64,000 nucleotides of DNA, from NCBI GenBank assembly GCA_015059335.1, contig SVAP01000002.1, forward strand, positions 12,170-76,169. Direction: 5' to 3'. The notes beneath the pieces are model-generated. The model saw only the letters and a list, made by a program, of their open reading frames with translations, did no database searches and was not told where the DNA came from. The position numbers were made by a program, and so were the translations under genes. Of the stretch, positions 32,964 to 42,757 are shown piece by piece (the stretch's first letter is position 1; each line of letters opens with the position of its first letter). Source of the stretch: Bacillota bacterium (GTDB taxonomy: Bacteria; Bacillota_I; Bacilli_A; RF39; UBA660).

Positions 32964-34500
32964 TGAAAAACGTGAAGAAGAGTCAAATAGTGTTACAAAT
33001 CAAAAGAAATTGATAGATGATTTTTTAATTGAAAAAAAAGATTTAATAATATGTAACGATTATGTTGATGATGGATATACAGGAACTGATTTTAATAGAC
33101 CTGGTTATAAAAAGATGCTGAATGATATTAGAAATGGAAAAATTAACGCTGTAATTGTAAAAGATTTATCTCGTTTAGGGAGAAATTATATACAGGTAGG
33201 GGATTTTATAGATGAAATTATACCGCAATATAATCTAAGATTTATTTCTATAAATGATAATGTTGATTCTTATGAGAATCCTAATACAATGAGTTCGCTT
33301 GAAATACCCCTTAAAAACCTTATGAATGAGGGTTATTCAAAAGATTCTTCAAAAAAAATGAGAACATCACTTAATGCTAGCAAAAAAGCAGGAAATTTTG
33401 TTGGTAAGGTTGCTCCTTATGGATATATTAAAGATCCAGAAGATAAACATAAATTTTTAATAGATAAAGATGCAGCAAAAATAGTTAAAAAAATATTTGA
33501 TTTAGTTTTAAAAGGATATAGTAAACAAGAAATTGCAAAAGAGTTAAATAATAATCATATAATTACGCCGAGTACTTATCTTAAAGAAAAATTGAATTAT
33601 AACTGTGTTGTAAAATGTAATAAGTGGAATTCAAGTATGCTTGATTATATTTTAAAAAATGAATCATACATGGGTAATCTAGTTCAGGGAAAAACCACTA
33701 GAATAAGTCATAAAGTACATAATGTTGTTAGAGTTTCAGAAGATGAATGGATTAAATGTGATAATCACCATGAACCTATAATTGATGAGGAAGTCTATCG
33801 ACAAGTTCAAAGTATATTATACAATCGTAATTCTAAAATAAATAAAAATGGAAAATATTATAAATATACAGGATTTATTAAATGTGCAGATTGCGGATGT
33901 AATTTATATAGAATTACAAGGACAAAACATAAAAAGGAACAAATATACTATTATTGTAGCTCATATATAAGAGCAAAACAATGTAGTCAGCATTATATTA
34001 AGGAACAGGAAGTAGATGAAATTGTTTTGAAAATACTAAATCTACATATTGATTTAGTATGTGATGTTAGTAAGAAAATTGAAGATACTGTATCATTTTC
34101 TAGAATTGAGTATAACGCGGAAGTTAAAAAAATAAGAATTGTAGAACTTAATAAGGGGATAGAAAAATATCAAACATTATTAAATGAAATAATAAAAGAT
34201 TATGAATTGAATTATATAACACAGGATGATTTTGAAAGATTTAACAGAAAATACTTATATGAAATAAATAATTTGAAACTAGAAAAAGAAGAACTAGAAA
34301 AAAGCAAACTAACATCAAATAAATTAAAATGGCTTGATAAATTTAAAAAAATTGGAAAGTTAGATACAATCGATAGAAATGTTGTAAATGAATTTATTGA
34401 TAACATTTTAGTAAATGATGATAGGAGTGTTATAGTAAATTTAAAATATAAAGAACAATATGAAGACGCAATTAACTATTTAAAAAGTAAGGAAATATGA
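32920..34500 (+). CDS. Large serine recombinase 2
   Basis: GAAGGAG SD 9 nt before ATG 32920. AIYRRRSFDE...YVDDGYTGTDFNRPGYKKML...VIVKDLSRLGRN. APYGY. IKCADCGCNL. Overlaps recombinase 1 by 44 nt. Confidence 0.9.
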   Translation: MKKWKLAIYRRRSFDEKREEESNSVTNQKKLIDDFLIEKKDLIICNDYVDDGYTGTDFNRPGYKKMLNDIRNGKINAVIVKDLSRLGRNYIQVGDFIDEIIPQYNLRFISINDNVDSYENPNTMSSLEIPLKNLMNEGYSKDSSKKMRTSLNASKKAGNFVGKVAPYGYIKDPEDKHKFLIDKDAAKIVKKIFDLVLKGYSKQEIAKELNNNHIITPSTYLKEKLNYNCVVKCNKWNSSMLDYILKNESYMGNLVQGKTTRISHKVHNVVRVSEDEWIKCDNHHEPIIDEEVYRQVQSILYNRNSKINKNGKYYKYTGFIKCADCGCNLYRITRTKHKKEQIYYYCSSYIRAKQCSQHYIKEQEVDEIVLKILNLHIDLVCDVSKKIEDTVSFSRIEYNAEVKKIRIVELNKGIEKYQTLLNEIIKDYELNYITQDDFERFNRKYLYEINNLKLEKEELEKSKLTSNKLKWLDKFKKIGKLDTIDRNVVNEFIDNILVNDDRSVIVNLKYKEQYEDAINYLKSKEI

Positions 34501-34565
34501 TATAATATTCCATGAAGAACTTTCTATATTAACGAAAGCAAGTAATAAAAAGGAGATGGATTTTT

Positions 34566-35441
34566 ATGAATAATAATTCAATTGATAGGGGGGTTAAAAA
34601 AACCGATGTCAACTGGTATCCTGGTCATATGGCCAAAACAAAAAGACTTATAAAGGAAAAACTTGATTTAGTTGATATTGTATATGAAGTTGTTGATGCA
34701 AGAATTCCTAAAAGTTCTAAAATAAAAGACATTGATGAACTAATAAAAAATAAAAAAAGAATTTTAATAATGACCAAGATGGATTTGTGTGATTTAGAGG
34801 AAACTAATAAATGGGTTAAGTACTATGAGGATAGTGGATATAAGGTTATTTTAGTTGATTTAATTAATGGTAAAAATGTTAGTAGAATAATTGAAGAAAC
34901 TAATAAATTAATGGAGGATATGAATACAAAGAGAATTCAAAAAGGACTTCAACCTAGAAAAATACGTGCTTTAGTAGTAGGAATTCCTAACGTTGGTAAA
35001 TCAACATTAATAAATAGATTAGTTGGTAGAAAAGCTGTAAATGTAGGTAACAAACCAGGTGTTACAAAGTCACTAGATTGGATACGTATTAATAAAGATA
35101 TTGAATTATTAGATACTCCTGGTATATTGTGGCCTAGATTAGATGATGATGTAGTTGCATATAATTTAGCATCAATGACAGCAATAAAAGAGGAAGTTCT
35201 ACCAATCGATAGAGTTTGTTTTTATATATTAAAAACATTAAACGACAAGTATAAAAATTTATTAGAATTTAGATATGGAATAACAGAATATAATGAAGAA
35301 GAATTAATCGAAGCTCTTGACATAATCGGTAAAAAAAGGGGATGTGTAATTCGTGGTGGAGAAATTGACTATGAAAAAGTATATCAAACTGTACTTAGAG
35401 ATTTGAGAGATGGATTAATAGGTAAAGTTACTTTTGATTAA
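34566..35441 (+). CDS. rbgA: Ribosome biogenesis GTPase A (YlqF/RbgA)
   Basis: VNWYPGHMAKTKR, circularly permuted G motifs (MTKMDL ... GIPNVGKSTLINRL ... LLDTPGILWP). Confidence 0.9.
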   Translation: MNNNSIDRGVKKTDVNWYPGHMAKTKRLIKEKLDLVDIVYEVVDARIPKSSKIKDIDELIKNKKRILIMTKMDLCDLEETNKWVKYYEDSGYKVILVDLINGKNVSRIIEETNKLMEDMNTKRIQKGLQPRKIRALVVGIPNVGKSTLINRLVGRKAVNVGNKPGVTKSLDWIRINKDIELLDTPGILWPRLDDDVVAYNLASMTAIKEEVLPIDRVCFYILKTLNDKYKNLLEFRYGITEYNEEELIEALDIIGKKRGCVIRGGEIDYEKVYQTVLRDLRDGLIGKVTFD

Positions 35442-35538
35442 TAAAATAGGTAAAAAGTGTCAAAAACACCAGTAAAATTACCAAATAAGTATTTTAAATA
35501 CTTGTGAAATGTTATATTATAGTAATAGGTGATGAAAA

Positions 35539-36138
35539 ATGAAGGTAAGTTTTGGAAAAAGATTTGCCAGTTATGTAATTGATTTTATTATAATAACAGT
35601 AATACTTAATTTAGTATCGTTTGTAATACCAGAAAATAAGAATCTTACAAATCTGAACAATGAATTAACAGAATTAACTAATGAATATGCAGAAAAAGAT
35701 ATACATACTGAAGAAGAAATAGAAAATTATATGGAAGCATCAGCACCACTTACATATCGAATTGATAAAGAAAACTTTTTATTTTCAGTGGTTGGAATTA
35801 TTATTTATATTTTATATTATGTAGTATTCCAATATAAAAATAATGGTCAAACATTAGGTAAAAAAATAATGGGAATAAAAGTAGTAAAAGAAGATAGTGA
35901 AATTTCTATCAATGATTTTATTTATAGAAGTTTTATAATAAATTCAATATTATTTAATATGATAATTTTGATACTGCTATTCATAACTAAAGATGTAACA
36001 TATATTACTTTAGTTGGTGTTTTAGGAATAATACAATTCATAATAATAGCAGTTAGTGTGTGTATGATTTTATTTAGAAAAGATAAGAAATCATTACATG
36101 ATATTATAACAAATACGAAAGTAGTAGAGGTGGCATAA
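35539..36138 (+). CDS. RDD-family membrane protein
   Basis: FGKRFASYVIDFIII, GQTLGKKIMGIKVV, SLHDIITNTKVV. Three to four TM helices. Confidence 0.7.
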   Translation: MKVSFGKRFASYVIDFIIITVILNLVSFVIPENKNLTNLNNELTELTNEYAEKDIHTEEEIENYMEASAPLTYRIDKENFLFSVVGIIIYILYYVVFQYKNNGQTLGKKIMGIKVVKEDSEISINDFIYRSFIINSILFNMIILILLFITKDVTYITLVGVLGIIQFIIIAVSVCMILFRKDKKSLHDIITNTKVVEVA

Positions 36139-37619
36139 TGAGAGAATTAACTGAACAAGAAATAGTAAGACGAGAAAAAATAGAAAAAATTAGTGAAGTA
36201 TGTAATCCATATCCAGAAAGATTTGAGATTACACATGAAATTAAAGATGCAAAAAATTTAGATGATGGAACTAGTAATGTTAGTGTTGCTGGTCGTATTG
36301 TGCTTATGAGAAAAATGGGTAAACTTAGTTTCTTAACAATAAGAGATGTTGAAGGAGATATCCAAATCTCAATTAAAGTTGATATGGTTGGTGAAGAAAA
36401 ATATAAATTCTTCAAAGATAACTTTGATTTAGGTGATTTTATCGGAGTTACTGGTGAAATTTTTACAACACATACTGGAGAAAAAACTGTAAGAGCTGAT
36501 GAGTTTGTATTTTTAGGTAAAGCTTTAAAACCATTACCAGATAAATTTCATGGTCTAGTTGATAGTGAACTTTGTTATAGAAATCGTTATGTAGATTTAA
36601 TAATGAATGAAGATACTAGAGATAGATTTAGAAAAAAATATGAATTCATTAAAGAAATTAGAAGATATTTAGAAGATAGAAATTATATTGAAGTTGAAAC
36701 ACCAGTATTAATTAATAAACCATCTGGAGCACTTGCTAAACCATTTACTGCGCATCATAATGCATTAGATATAGATGTATATTTAAGAATTGCTCCTGAA
36801 ACATATTTAAAAAGAGCAGTGGTTGGTGGATTTAATAAAGTATTTGAATTTGCAAGATGTTTTAGAAACGAAGGTATGGATTCAACTCACTTACAAGATT
36901 TTACAATGTTAGAATGTTATTGTAGCTATTATAATTATAAAGATAATATGATATTAATAGAAGATATGCTTAAAACAGTTATTAAAAAAGTTTTTGGTGG
37001 TCTAACTATTACTATTGATGGAAAAGAAATAGACTTTTCTAAAAAATGGGAAACAGTTTCATTTAGAGAACTAATCATTAAATATATTGATATTGATATT
37101 AACGAATATAACACTAAAGAAAAATTATTAGATGTTATAAAAGAACGTCATATCGAATTAGAATCAGAAACGGATATTGGTTTACTTGGTTTTGGTAACT
37201 TAGTAGATTTGTTATATAAAAAGGTTGCAAGACCTATGATGATTGAACCTGTATTTTTAGTAGATCATCCAATTGAATTATCACCACTAGCGCGTGCAAA
37301 TGATGATAATCCTGGTATAACAGATAGATTCCAACTAGTAATCAATGGTGCAGAAATTGTTAATGCTTATTCAGAACTTGTTGATCCAGCAGAACAAATG
37401 AAGAGATTAGAAGAACAAGCTAAACTTAATAGTGAAGGTGATGAAGAAGCAATGGTAATGGACCACGATTATATTGAGGCTATGGAATACGGTATGCCAC
37501 CAATATCAGGTTGGGGAATGGGAATTGATAGAGTAATGCAGGTATTAACTGATGTGCCTAACATTAAAGATAATATATTATTTCCGTTATTAAGACCAAT
37601 CGATCATAAAGAAAATTAG
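36138..37619 (+). CDS. lysS: Lysine--tRNA ligase (class II)
   Basis: OB-fold VSVAGRIVLMRKMGKLSFLTIRD. Class II motifs FRNEGMDSTHLQDFTMLE and GWGMGIDRV. 493 aa. Confidence 0.95.
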   Translation: MRELTEQEIVRREKIEKISEVCNPYPERFEITHEIKDAKNLDDGTSNVSVAGRIVLMRKMGKLSFLTIRDVEGDIQISIKVDMVGEEKYKFFKDNFDLGDFIGVTGEIFTTHTGEKTVRADEFVFLGKALKPLPDKFHGLVDSELCYRNRYVDLIMNEDTRDRFRKKYEFIKEIRRYLEDRNYIEVETPVLINKPSGALAKPFTAHHNALDIDVYLRIAPETYLKRAVVGGFNKVFEFARCFRNEGMDSTHLQDFTMLECYCSYYNYKDNMILIEDMLKTVIKKVFGGLTITIDGKEIDFSKKWETVSFRELIIKYIDIDINEYNTKEKLLDVIKERHIELESETDIGLLGFGNLVDLLYKKVARPMMIEPVFLVDHPIELSPLARANDDNPGITDRFQLVINGAEIVNAYSELVDPAEQMKRLEEQAKLNSEGDEEAMVMDHDYIEAMEYGMPPISGWGMGIDRVMQVLTDVPNIKDNILFPLLRPIDHKEN

Positions 37620-37634
37620 AAAGGAAGTTTTCAA

Positions 37635-39080
37635 ATGAAAAAACATAATTTATTTAAAATTCTTGCAATAATGATTTTAGTATTTGTTGTTTTATCTTGG
37701 ATTATTCCAACTGGATATTTATCTGGTACAGAAATTCAAAAAGCTGAAGAACTTACTAGAATTGGGATATGGAATGTATTTAATATGTTCACAGTATCTG
37801 CAAGTAGTTTTATAACTTATCCATTTTATTTAATTACAGTTGGAGTATTCTATCTAGTATTAAATAAAACTGGTGTATACCAAAGAATGGTAACTAACTT
37901 TGCTAAAAAGTTAAAAAAATATCCTAAACTATTTTTAGCAATAACAATAAGTTTATTCGCAATCATTTCATCAGTTACTAATTTAGGATTAATGCTATTT
38001 TTACTTGTACCATTTTTCATATCAGTAATTTTAAAATTAGGATATGATAAGTTTGTAGCACTAGCAAGTACAATTGGTGCAATATTTGTAGGTATTATTG
38101 GTTCTACTTATGGTTATTATGTAAGTAAAATTATTAATAGTGTGTTAAATTTAGATTTTACATCTAATATTATTGCTAAGGTAGCATTATTAGTTGTTTC
38201 AACTGCATTATTAATTTTATATGAATTCTCATATATTAAACGTGATAAAAAACCTAAATCTAAAGATGTAGTAAAAGAAGAAGTTAAAGATGAATTATTA
38301 ATTGAAACTGATAAAAATTCTAATAAAAAATCATGGCCAATGATTTTAGTAATGGTTTTAGTACTAGTAATTACTTTCTTATCTGCAATTGCATGGAATT
38401 CTGCATATGGATTTGAAGTGTTTACTAAATTCCATGAATCAGTTATGAATTTATCAATTGGTAAAGATTTTAATATATTACAATATATTCTAGGTGCTCC
38501 AGTTAATATTGGATACTATGCACAATATGGTATCAAAGAATTAGGTGGATGGGATTATACTGATTTATCAATAATGTTAATTTTTGCATCATTAATAATT
38601 GGATTAATGTATAAAGTTAAATTTAGTGATATTTTAGATTCTTTCAAAGATAGTGGTAAAAAATTCGCTAAAGCATCATTATTAATTATTGTAGCATATA
38701 CATTATTTGTATTAAATTATTATATTCCAGTATTTACAACTGTAATTGGTTGGGTTGGAAATTCATTTAATATTGTAACTAGTTCATTAATCGCAATATT
38801 ATCATCAGTTATCAATATTGATATGATGTATGTAGCACAAGGAACATTAGCTACAGTATCTGCAATATTTGATGATGTTGCTCTTAATCCAACACTTGCT
38901 GTATTATATCAAGCAATGTATGGTTTAACATCATTCTTTGCGCCAACTAGTATCTTATTAATTACTGGATTATGTTACTTAAATATTTCTTATAAAGAAT
39001 GGATGAAACATATTTGGAAATTCTTATTAGAATTATTAGTAGTAATCTTAATAGTATTAATTATATTAATGGTTATATAA
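37635..39080 (+). CDS. YfcC/DcuC-like polytopic membrane transporter
   Basis: About 12 TM segments. The N-terminus KILAIMILVFVVLSWIIPTG resembles the YfcC family N-terminus. The assignment is by architecture only. Confidence 0.45.
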   Translation: MKKHNLFKILAIMILVFVVLSWIIPTGYLSGTEIQKAEELTRIGIWNVFNMFTVSASSFITYPFYLITVGVFYLVLNKTGVYQRMVTNFAKKLKKYPKLFLAITISLFAIISSVTNLGLMLFLLVPFFISVILKLGYDKFVALASTIGAIFVGIIGSTYGYYVSKIINSVLNLDFTSNIIAKVALLVVSTALLILYEFSYIKRDKKPKSKDVVKEEVKDELLIETDKNSNKKSWPMILVMVLVLVITFLSAIAWNSAYGFEVFTKFHESVMNLSIGKDFNILQYILGAPVNIGYYAQYGIKELGGWDYTDLSIMLIFASLIIGLMYKVKFSDILDSFKDSGKKFAKASLLIIVAYTLFVLNYYIPVFTTVIGWVGNSFNIVTSSLIAILSSVINIDMMYVAQGTLATVSAIFDDVALNPTLAVLYQAMYGLTSFFAPTSILLITGLCYLNISYKEWMKHIWKFLLELLVVILIVLIILMVI

Positions 39081-39104
39081 AAGGATTATTTAAATCCTTT
39101 TTTT
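39081..39104 (+). terminator. Intrinsic terminator
   Basis: aaggatt-attta-aatcctt followed by a T run. Confidence 0.75.
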
Positions 39105-39143
39105 GTTTTATTATGATATAATTATATTGTAAGGAGAATTAAT

Positions 39144-39725
39144 ATGGAATTAACAAGTAATAAAGCACTTGAAATGTTAAAAGAAGCAGAAACTATAACA
39201 CCTGATTTAGGTTGGATTAAACATTCAATATGTGTAGGTAATACCGCTGAAATAATTGCGACTGCACTAAATCTTGATTCAGAAAAAGCTAAAACATTAG
39301 GCTATATACATGATATTGGTAAAAGAAATGGTGATTTTAGAAATCATGTAATAAATGGATATCATTATTTAAAAGATTTGGGATATGATATTGAATACTG
39401 TAACATATGCTTAACACATTCATATTTGAATAATGATGTGTATTGTACAGCAGGTGGTATTCCTGTTGATATACCTTTTAAAACAGATTTTATTAAAAAT
39501 CATGAATATACTATTTATGAAAAAATAATTAATTTATGCGATTTAATGTGCACTAGAGTAGTTAATACAGTTGATAAAAGATTAATTGATATAATTATTA
39601 GACGTGGGGCATATGAAAATACTCAATATCATGTTAAGGAAGCATATAGATTAAAAGAATATTTTGATAATTTATTAGGTTATAACTTATATGATTTATT
39701 TCCAGAGATAAAAGAAAATTTATAA
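39144..39725 (+). CDS. HD-domain phosphohydrolase
   Basis: HSICVGNTAEIIA ... GYIHDIGK (H...HD motif). Confidence 0.7.
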   Translation: MELTSNKALEMLKEAETITPDLGWIKHSICVGNTAEIIATALNLDSEKAKTLGYIHDIGKRNGDFRNHVINGYHYLKDLGYDIEYCNICLTHSYLNNDVYCTAGGIPVDIPFKTDFIKNHEYTIYEKIINLCDLMCTRVVNTVDKRLIDIIIRRGAYENTQYHVKEAYRLKEYFDNLLGYNLYDLFPEIKENL

Positions 39726-39731
39726 TTATAC

Positions 39732-39848
39732 TTGATTTATCATAAAATATAATGTATTATATTGTTGTTGCCAAATCTTGGTGATTAGACTTCTTCCAGT
39801 CTGTTACTCAGATTTAGGTGTATTATAAAGAAAGGAAGGAAAATTAAA
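39732..39848 (+). promoter_or_regulatory. rpsO promoter and structured 5' leader (possible S15 autoregulatory element)
   Basis: TTGATT-17 nt-TATTAT. The leader contains nested pairings ccaaatct/agatttagg and agact/agtct. Confidence 0.3.
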
Positions 39849-40118
39849 ATGGCTTTAACAAAAGAAAGAAAAACAGAAATCATTAAGAATTTTGCTAAAG
39901 ATGCAAAAGATACAGGATCTGTTGAAGTACAAGTTGCAATTCTTACTGAAGAAATTAAAACTTTAACTGATCACTTAAAAGAACATATTCACGATTTTCA
40001 TTCTAAAAGAGGTTTATTAATGAAAGTTGGTAAACGTAGAAGTTTACTTGACTATCTTAAAAAACACGATGTTGTTAGATACCGTGAATTAATCAAAAAA
40101 TTAGGATTAAGAAAATAG
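39849..40118 (+). CDS. rpsO: 30S ribosomal protein S15
   Basis: [15 protein letters not shown]...[39 protein letters not shown]. 89 aa. Confidence 0.97.
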   Translation: MALTKERKTEIIKNFAKDAKDTGSVEVQVAILTEEIKTLTDHLKEHIHDFHSKRGLLMKVGKRRSLLDYLKKHDVVRYRELIKKLGLRK

Positions 40119-40416
40119 GCACTTTTTTTAGGTGTCTCTTTTTATTTGAAAATACATTATGCAAAAGGAGATGATTCATCCATGGAACTTGAACCAAGGA
40201 CAGAATATCGACATATTATGAAGCCAAGAACGAAATTATGTTCAAATGTTGATGATAATGTAGTTATAGATTCTTCATCATATATAACAAGTGTTCAAAT
40301 ACAATCAGCACTTGTTAAATATAAACGTTATAAAAATAATCATAAAGTTAAAAATTCAAATAAAGTACACATAAAAAAATTAGTAATGAAAATGAATAGT
40401 AATGGAGGTAATATAA

Positions 40417-42603
40417 ATGTGTAAAAAAGTATTCGAACTAGATTTCAGGGGAAGAAAATTAGTAGTAGAAAATGGAGAAATGGCTAAACAAGCTAATGGT
40501 GCAGTGTTAGTTAGATATGGTGATACTGTTGTACTTAGTACTGCAGTAGTTAAAAAAGAAGCTAATGTTTTATCAGATTTCTTTCCATTAATGGTAATTT
40601 ATCAAGAAAAATTATATTCAGTTGGTAAAATACCTGGTGGATTCATTAAAAGAGAAGGACGTCCAACAGATGCAGCTACACTTGCAGCTCGTATGATTGA
40701 TAGACCAATGCGTCCTATGTTTCCAGAAAACTTTAAAAATGAAGTACAAATAGTTAATACAGTATTATCAGTTGATACTGACAATTCACCAGAACTAACT
40801 GCAATGTTTGCTTCATCATTATCAGTAGGTATAAGTGAAATACCATTTGATGGACCAATCGCAGGAGTTAAAGTTGGACATGTTAATGGAGAATTTATTA
40901 TTAACCCAACACCAGCAGAATTAGAATTATCTGATATAGATTTAACTGTTGCAGGAACTAAAGATGCAATTAACATGGTTGAAGCAGGAAGTAAAGAAGT
41001 TAGTGAAGAACTAATGTTAGAAGCATTAATGTTTGGACATGAAGCAATTAAAGAATTAGTTGCATTCCAAGAACAAATTATATCTGAAATTGGTAAGCCA
41101 GATATGGAATATCAAGTATTAGAAATATCTGATGAATTAAAAAATGAAATAGCTAGTCTTGCTACAGATAATTTAAATAATGCAATGAGAATTAAAGATA
41201 AGTTAGAAAAATATGCTGCAATTGATAAAGCAAAAGAAGATGTTGTAAATAAATACACTCTTGAAAACGAAGATAATTTAAAAGAAAAAGAATTAAATGA
41301 GTTAATTACTAAAGTTAAATTAGTATTAGAACAAATTGAATATGAAATTTTCAGAAAAATAGTTGTTAAGGAGAAAACAAGAGCTGATGGTAGAAGAATG
41401 GATGAAATTAGACCATTATCAACTGATATTGATATTCTACCTAGAACTCATGGATCAGCACTATTTACTCGTGGACAAACTCAAGCTTTAGCAATTACAA
41501 CACTAGGAGCACTTGGTGAACATCAAATTTTAGATGGGTTAAGTTTAGAAGCAGAAAAAAGATTTATGCTACACTATAACTTCCCAGCATTCTCAGTTGG
41601 TGAGACAGGAAGATATGGAGCGCCTGGTAGACGTGAAATTGGACATGGTGCATTAGGTGAAAGAGCGTTACTTCAAGTTATGCCTAATGAAGAAGAATTC
41701 CCATATACTGTACGTGTAGTATCAGAAGTATTAGAAAGTAATGGGTCATCAAGTCAAGCAACAATTTGTGCTGGATGTATGAGTTTAATGGCTGCTGGTG
41801 TTCCAATTAAAGCTCCAGTTGCTGGTATTGCTATGGGTCTTATTACTGATGGAGATGATTATACAATTCTTACTGATATCCAAGGTATGGAAGACCATTT
41901 AGGAGATATGGATTTTAAAGTTGCAGGTACTAAAGATGGTATTTGTGCACTACAAATGGATATTAAAATTAAAGGTATTACTAAAGAAATTCTTAGAGAA
42001 GCTTTAGAACAAGCAAAAAAAGCTAGAATGGAAATATTAGATGTAATTACAGCTCAAATCCCAGAACCAAGAAAAGAAGTTAGTAAATATGCGCCTAAAA
42101 CTGTTACATTTATGATTAATCCAGATAAGATTAAAGAAGTAATTGGTCGTGGTGGAGAAATGATTACTAAAATTATTCTTGAAAGTAGCAATGTTGAAAC
42201 TGTAAATGATGTTAATGCTGTTAAAGTTGATTTAGAAGACGATGGTAGAGTAATTATTTATCATACAGATAAAGAAGTTATTGAAAAAACTAGAACTGCA
42301 ATTGAAAATATCGTTAGAGAACCTGAAATTGGTAAAATGTATACTGTTAAAGTATTAAACGTTGAAAGCTTTGGGGCATTTGTTGAATTATGGCCAGGTT
42401 GTGAAGGATTTATTCATGTTTCTAACTTAAGTGACGAAAGAGTTAAACATCCAAGTGATGTAGTTAAAACTGGTGATATATTAGTTGCGAAAGCTATTGA
42501 GTATGATAGAAAAGGTAAGATAAATTTAAGCTTAAGAACAAGTAATAAACCAAAAGTTGATAAAGAAAACAATAAAAAAGATAAAGAAGAAAAAGATAAT
42601 TAA
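40417..42603 (+). CDS. pnp: Polyribonucleotide nucleotidyltransferase (PNPase)
   Basis: Two RNase PH domains (GRRMDEIRP; [16 protein letters not shown]), then KH and S1 ([20 protein letters not shown]). GGAGGT SD. Confidence 0.97.
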   Translation: MCKKVFELDFRGRKLVVENGEMAKQANGAVLVRYGDTVVLSTAVVKKEANVLSDFFPLMVIYQEKLYSVGKIPGGFIKREGRPTDAATLAARMIDRPMRPMFPENFKNEVQIVNTVLSVDTDNSPELTAMFASSLSVGISEIPFDGPIAGVKVGHVNGEFIINPTPAELELSDIDLTVAGTKDAINMVEAGSKEVSEELMLEALMFGHEAIKELVAFQEQIISEIGKPDMEYQVLEISDELKNEIASLATDNLNNAMRIKDKLEKYAAIDKAKEDVVNKYTLENEDNLKEKELNELITKVKLVLEQIEYEIFRKIVVKEKTRADGRRMDEIRPLSTDIDILPRTHGSALFTRGQTQALAITTLGALGEHQILDGLSLEAEKRFMLHYNFPAFSVGETGRYGAPGRREIGHGALGERALLQVMPNEEEFPYTVRVVSEVLESNGSSSQATICAGCMSLMAAGVPIKAPVAGIAMGLITDGDDYTILTDIQGMEDHLGDMDFKVAGTKDGICALQMDIKIKGITKEILREALEQAKKARMEILDVITAQIPEPRKEVSKYAPKTVTFMINPDKIKEVIGRGGEMITKIILESSNVETVNDVNAVKVDLEDDGRVIIYHTDKEVIEKTRTAIENIVREPEIGKMYTVKVLNVESFGAFVELWPGCEGFIHVSNLSDERVKHPSDVVKTGDILVAKAIEYDRKGKINLSLRTSNKPKVDKENNKKDKEEKDN

Positions 42604-42641
42604 AAAATGAAAAAAGTATCGAAATAGGCAATTAGATATGA

Positions 42642-42680
42642 AAAGGTTACAGATAATGAAAATTATGTGTGGCCTTTTTA
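42642..42680 (+). terminator. Intrinsic terminator after pnp
   Basis: aaaggttaca ... tgtggccttt (10 bp, two G-U pairs) followed by a T run. Confidence 0.6.
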
Positions 42681-42757
42681 ATTTTTAATATAAAAAAACA
42701 GAAAATAATTTTCCTTAATTTTCAAAATATTGTATAATACTAATTAGGTGAAGTATT

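Larger units (their letters stand above)
30888..34500 (+). mobile_element. Recombination module (small accessory protein + two tandem large serine recombinases) of an integrative element; element limits not determined
   Basis: The tandem recombinase pair ends 65 nt upstream of core gene rbgA. Cargo to the left (MazF-like, SipW/TasA-like, ArpU-like) is typical accessory content. No att repeats could be identified by eye. Confidence 0.6.

Noticed and set aside
26797-34565. Prophage interpretation of the ArpU-like regulator + recombinase region
   Set aside because: No terminase, portal, capsid, tail, holin or endolysin genes are visible. The cargo is a SipW/TasA-type module and a MazF-like gene. 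An integrative or transposon-like element is more consistent than a prophage.
40146-40424. 92-aa ORF (TTG start) between rpsO and pnp
   Set aside because: It lies wholly in the rpsO-pnp intergenic leader, which is normally a long structured untranslated region. It has a non-ATG start without an SD and begins inside the rpsO terminator-like hairpin. It overlaps the pnp SD and start, and has no recognisable motif. Most likely non-coding.
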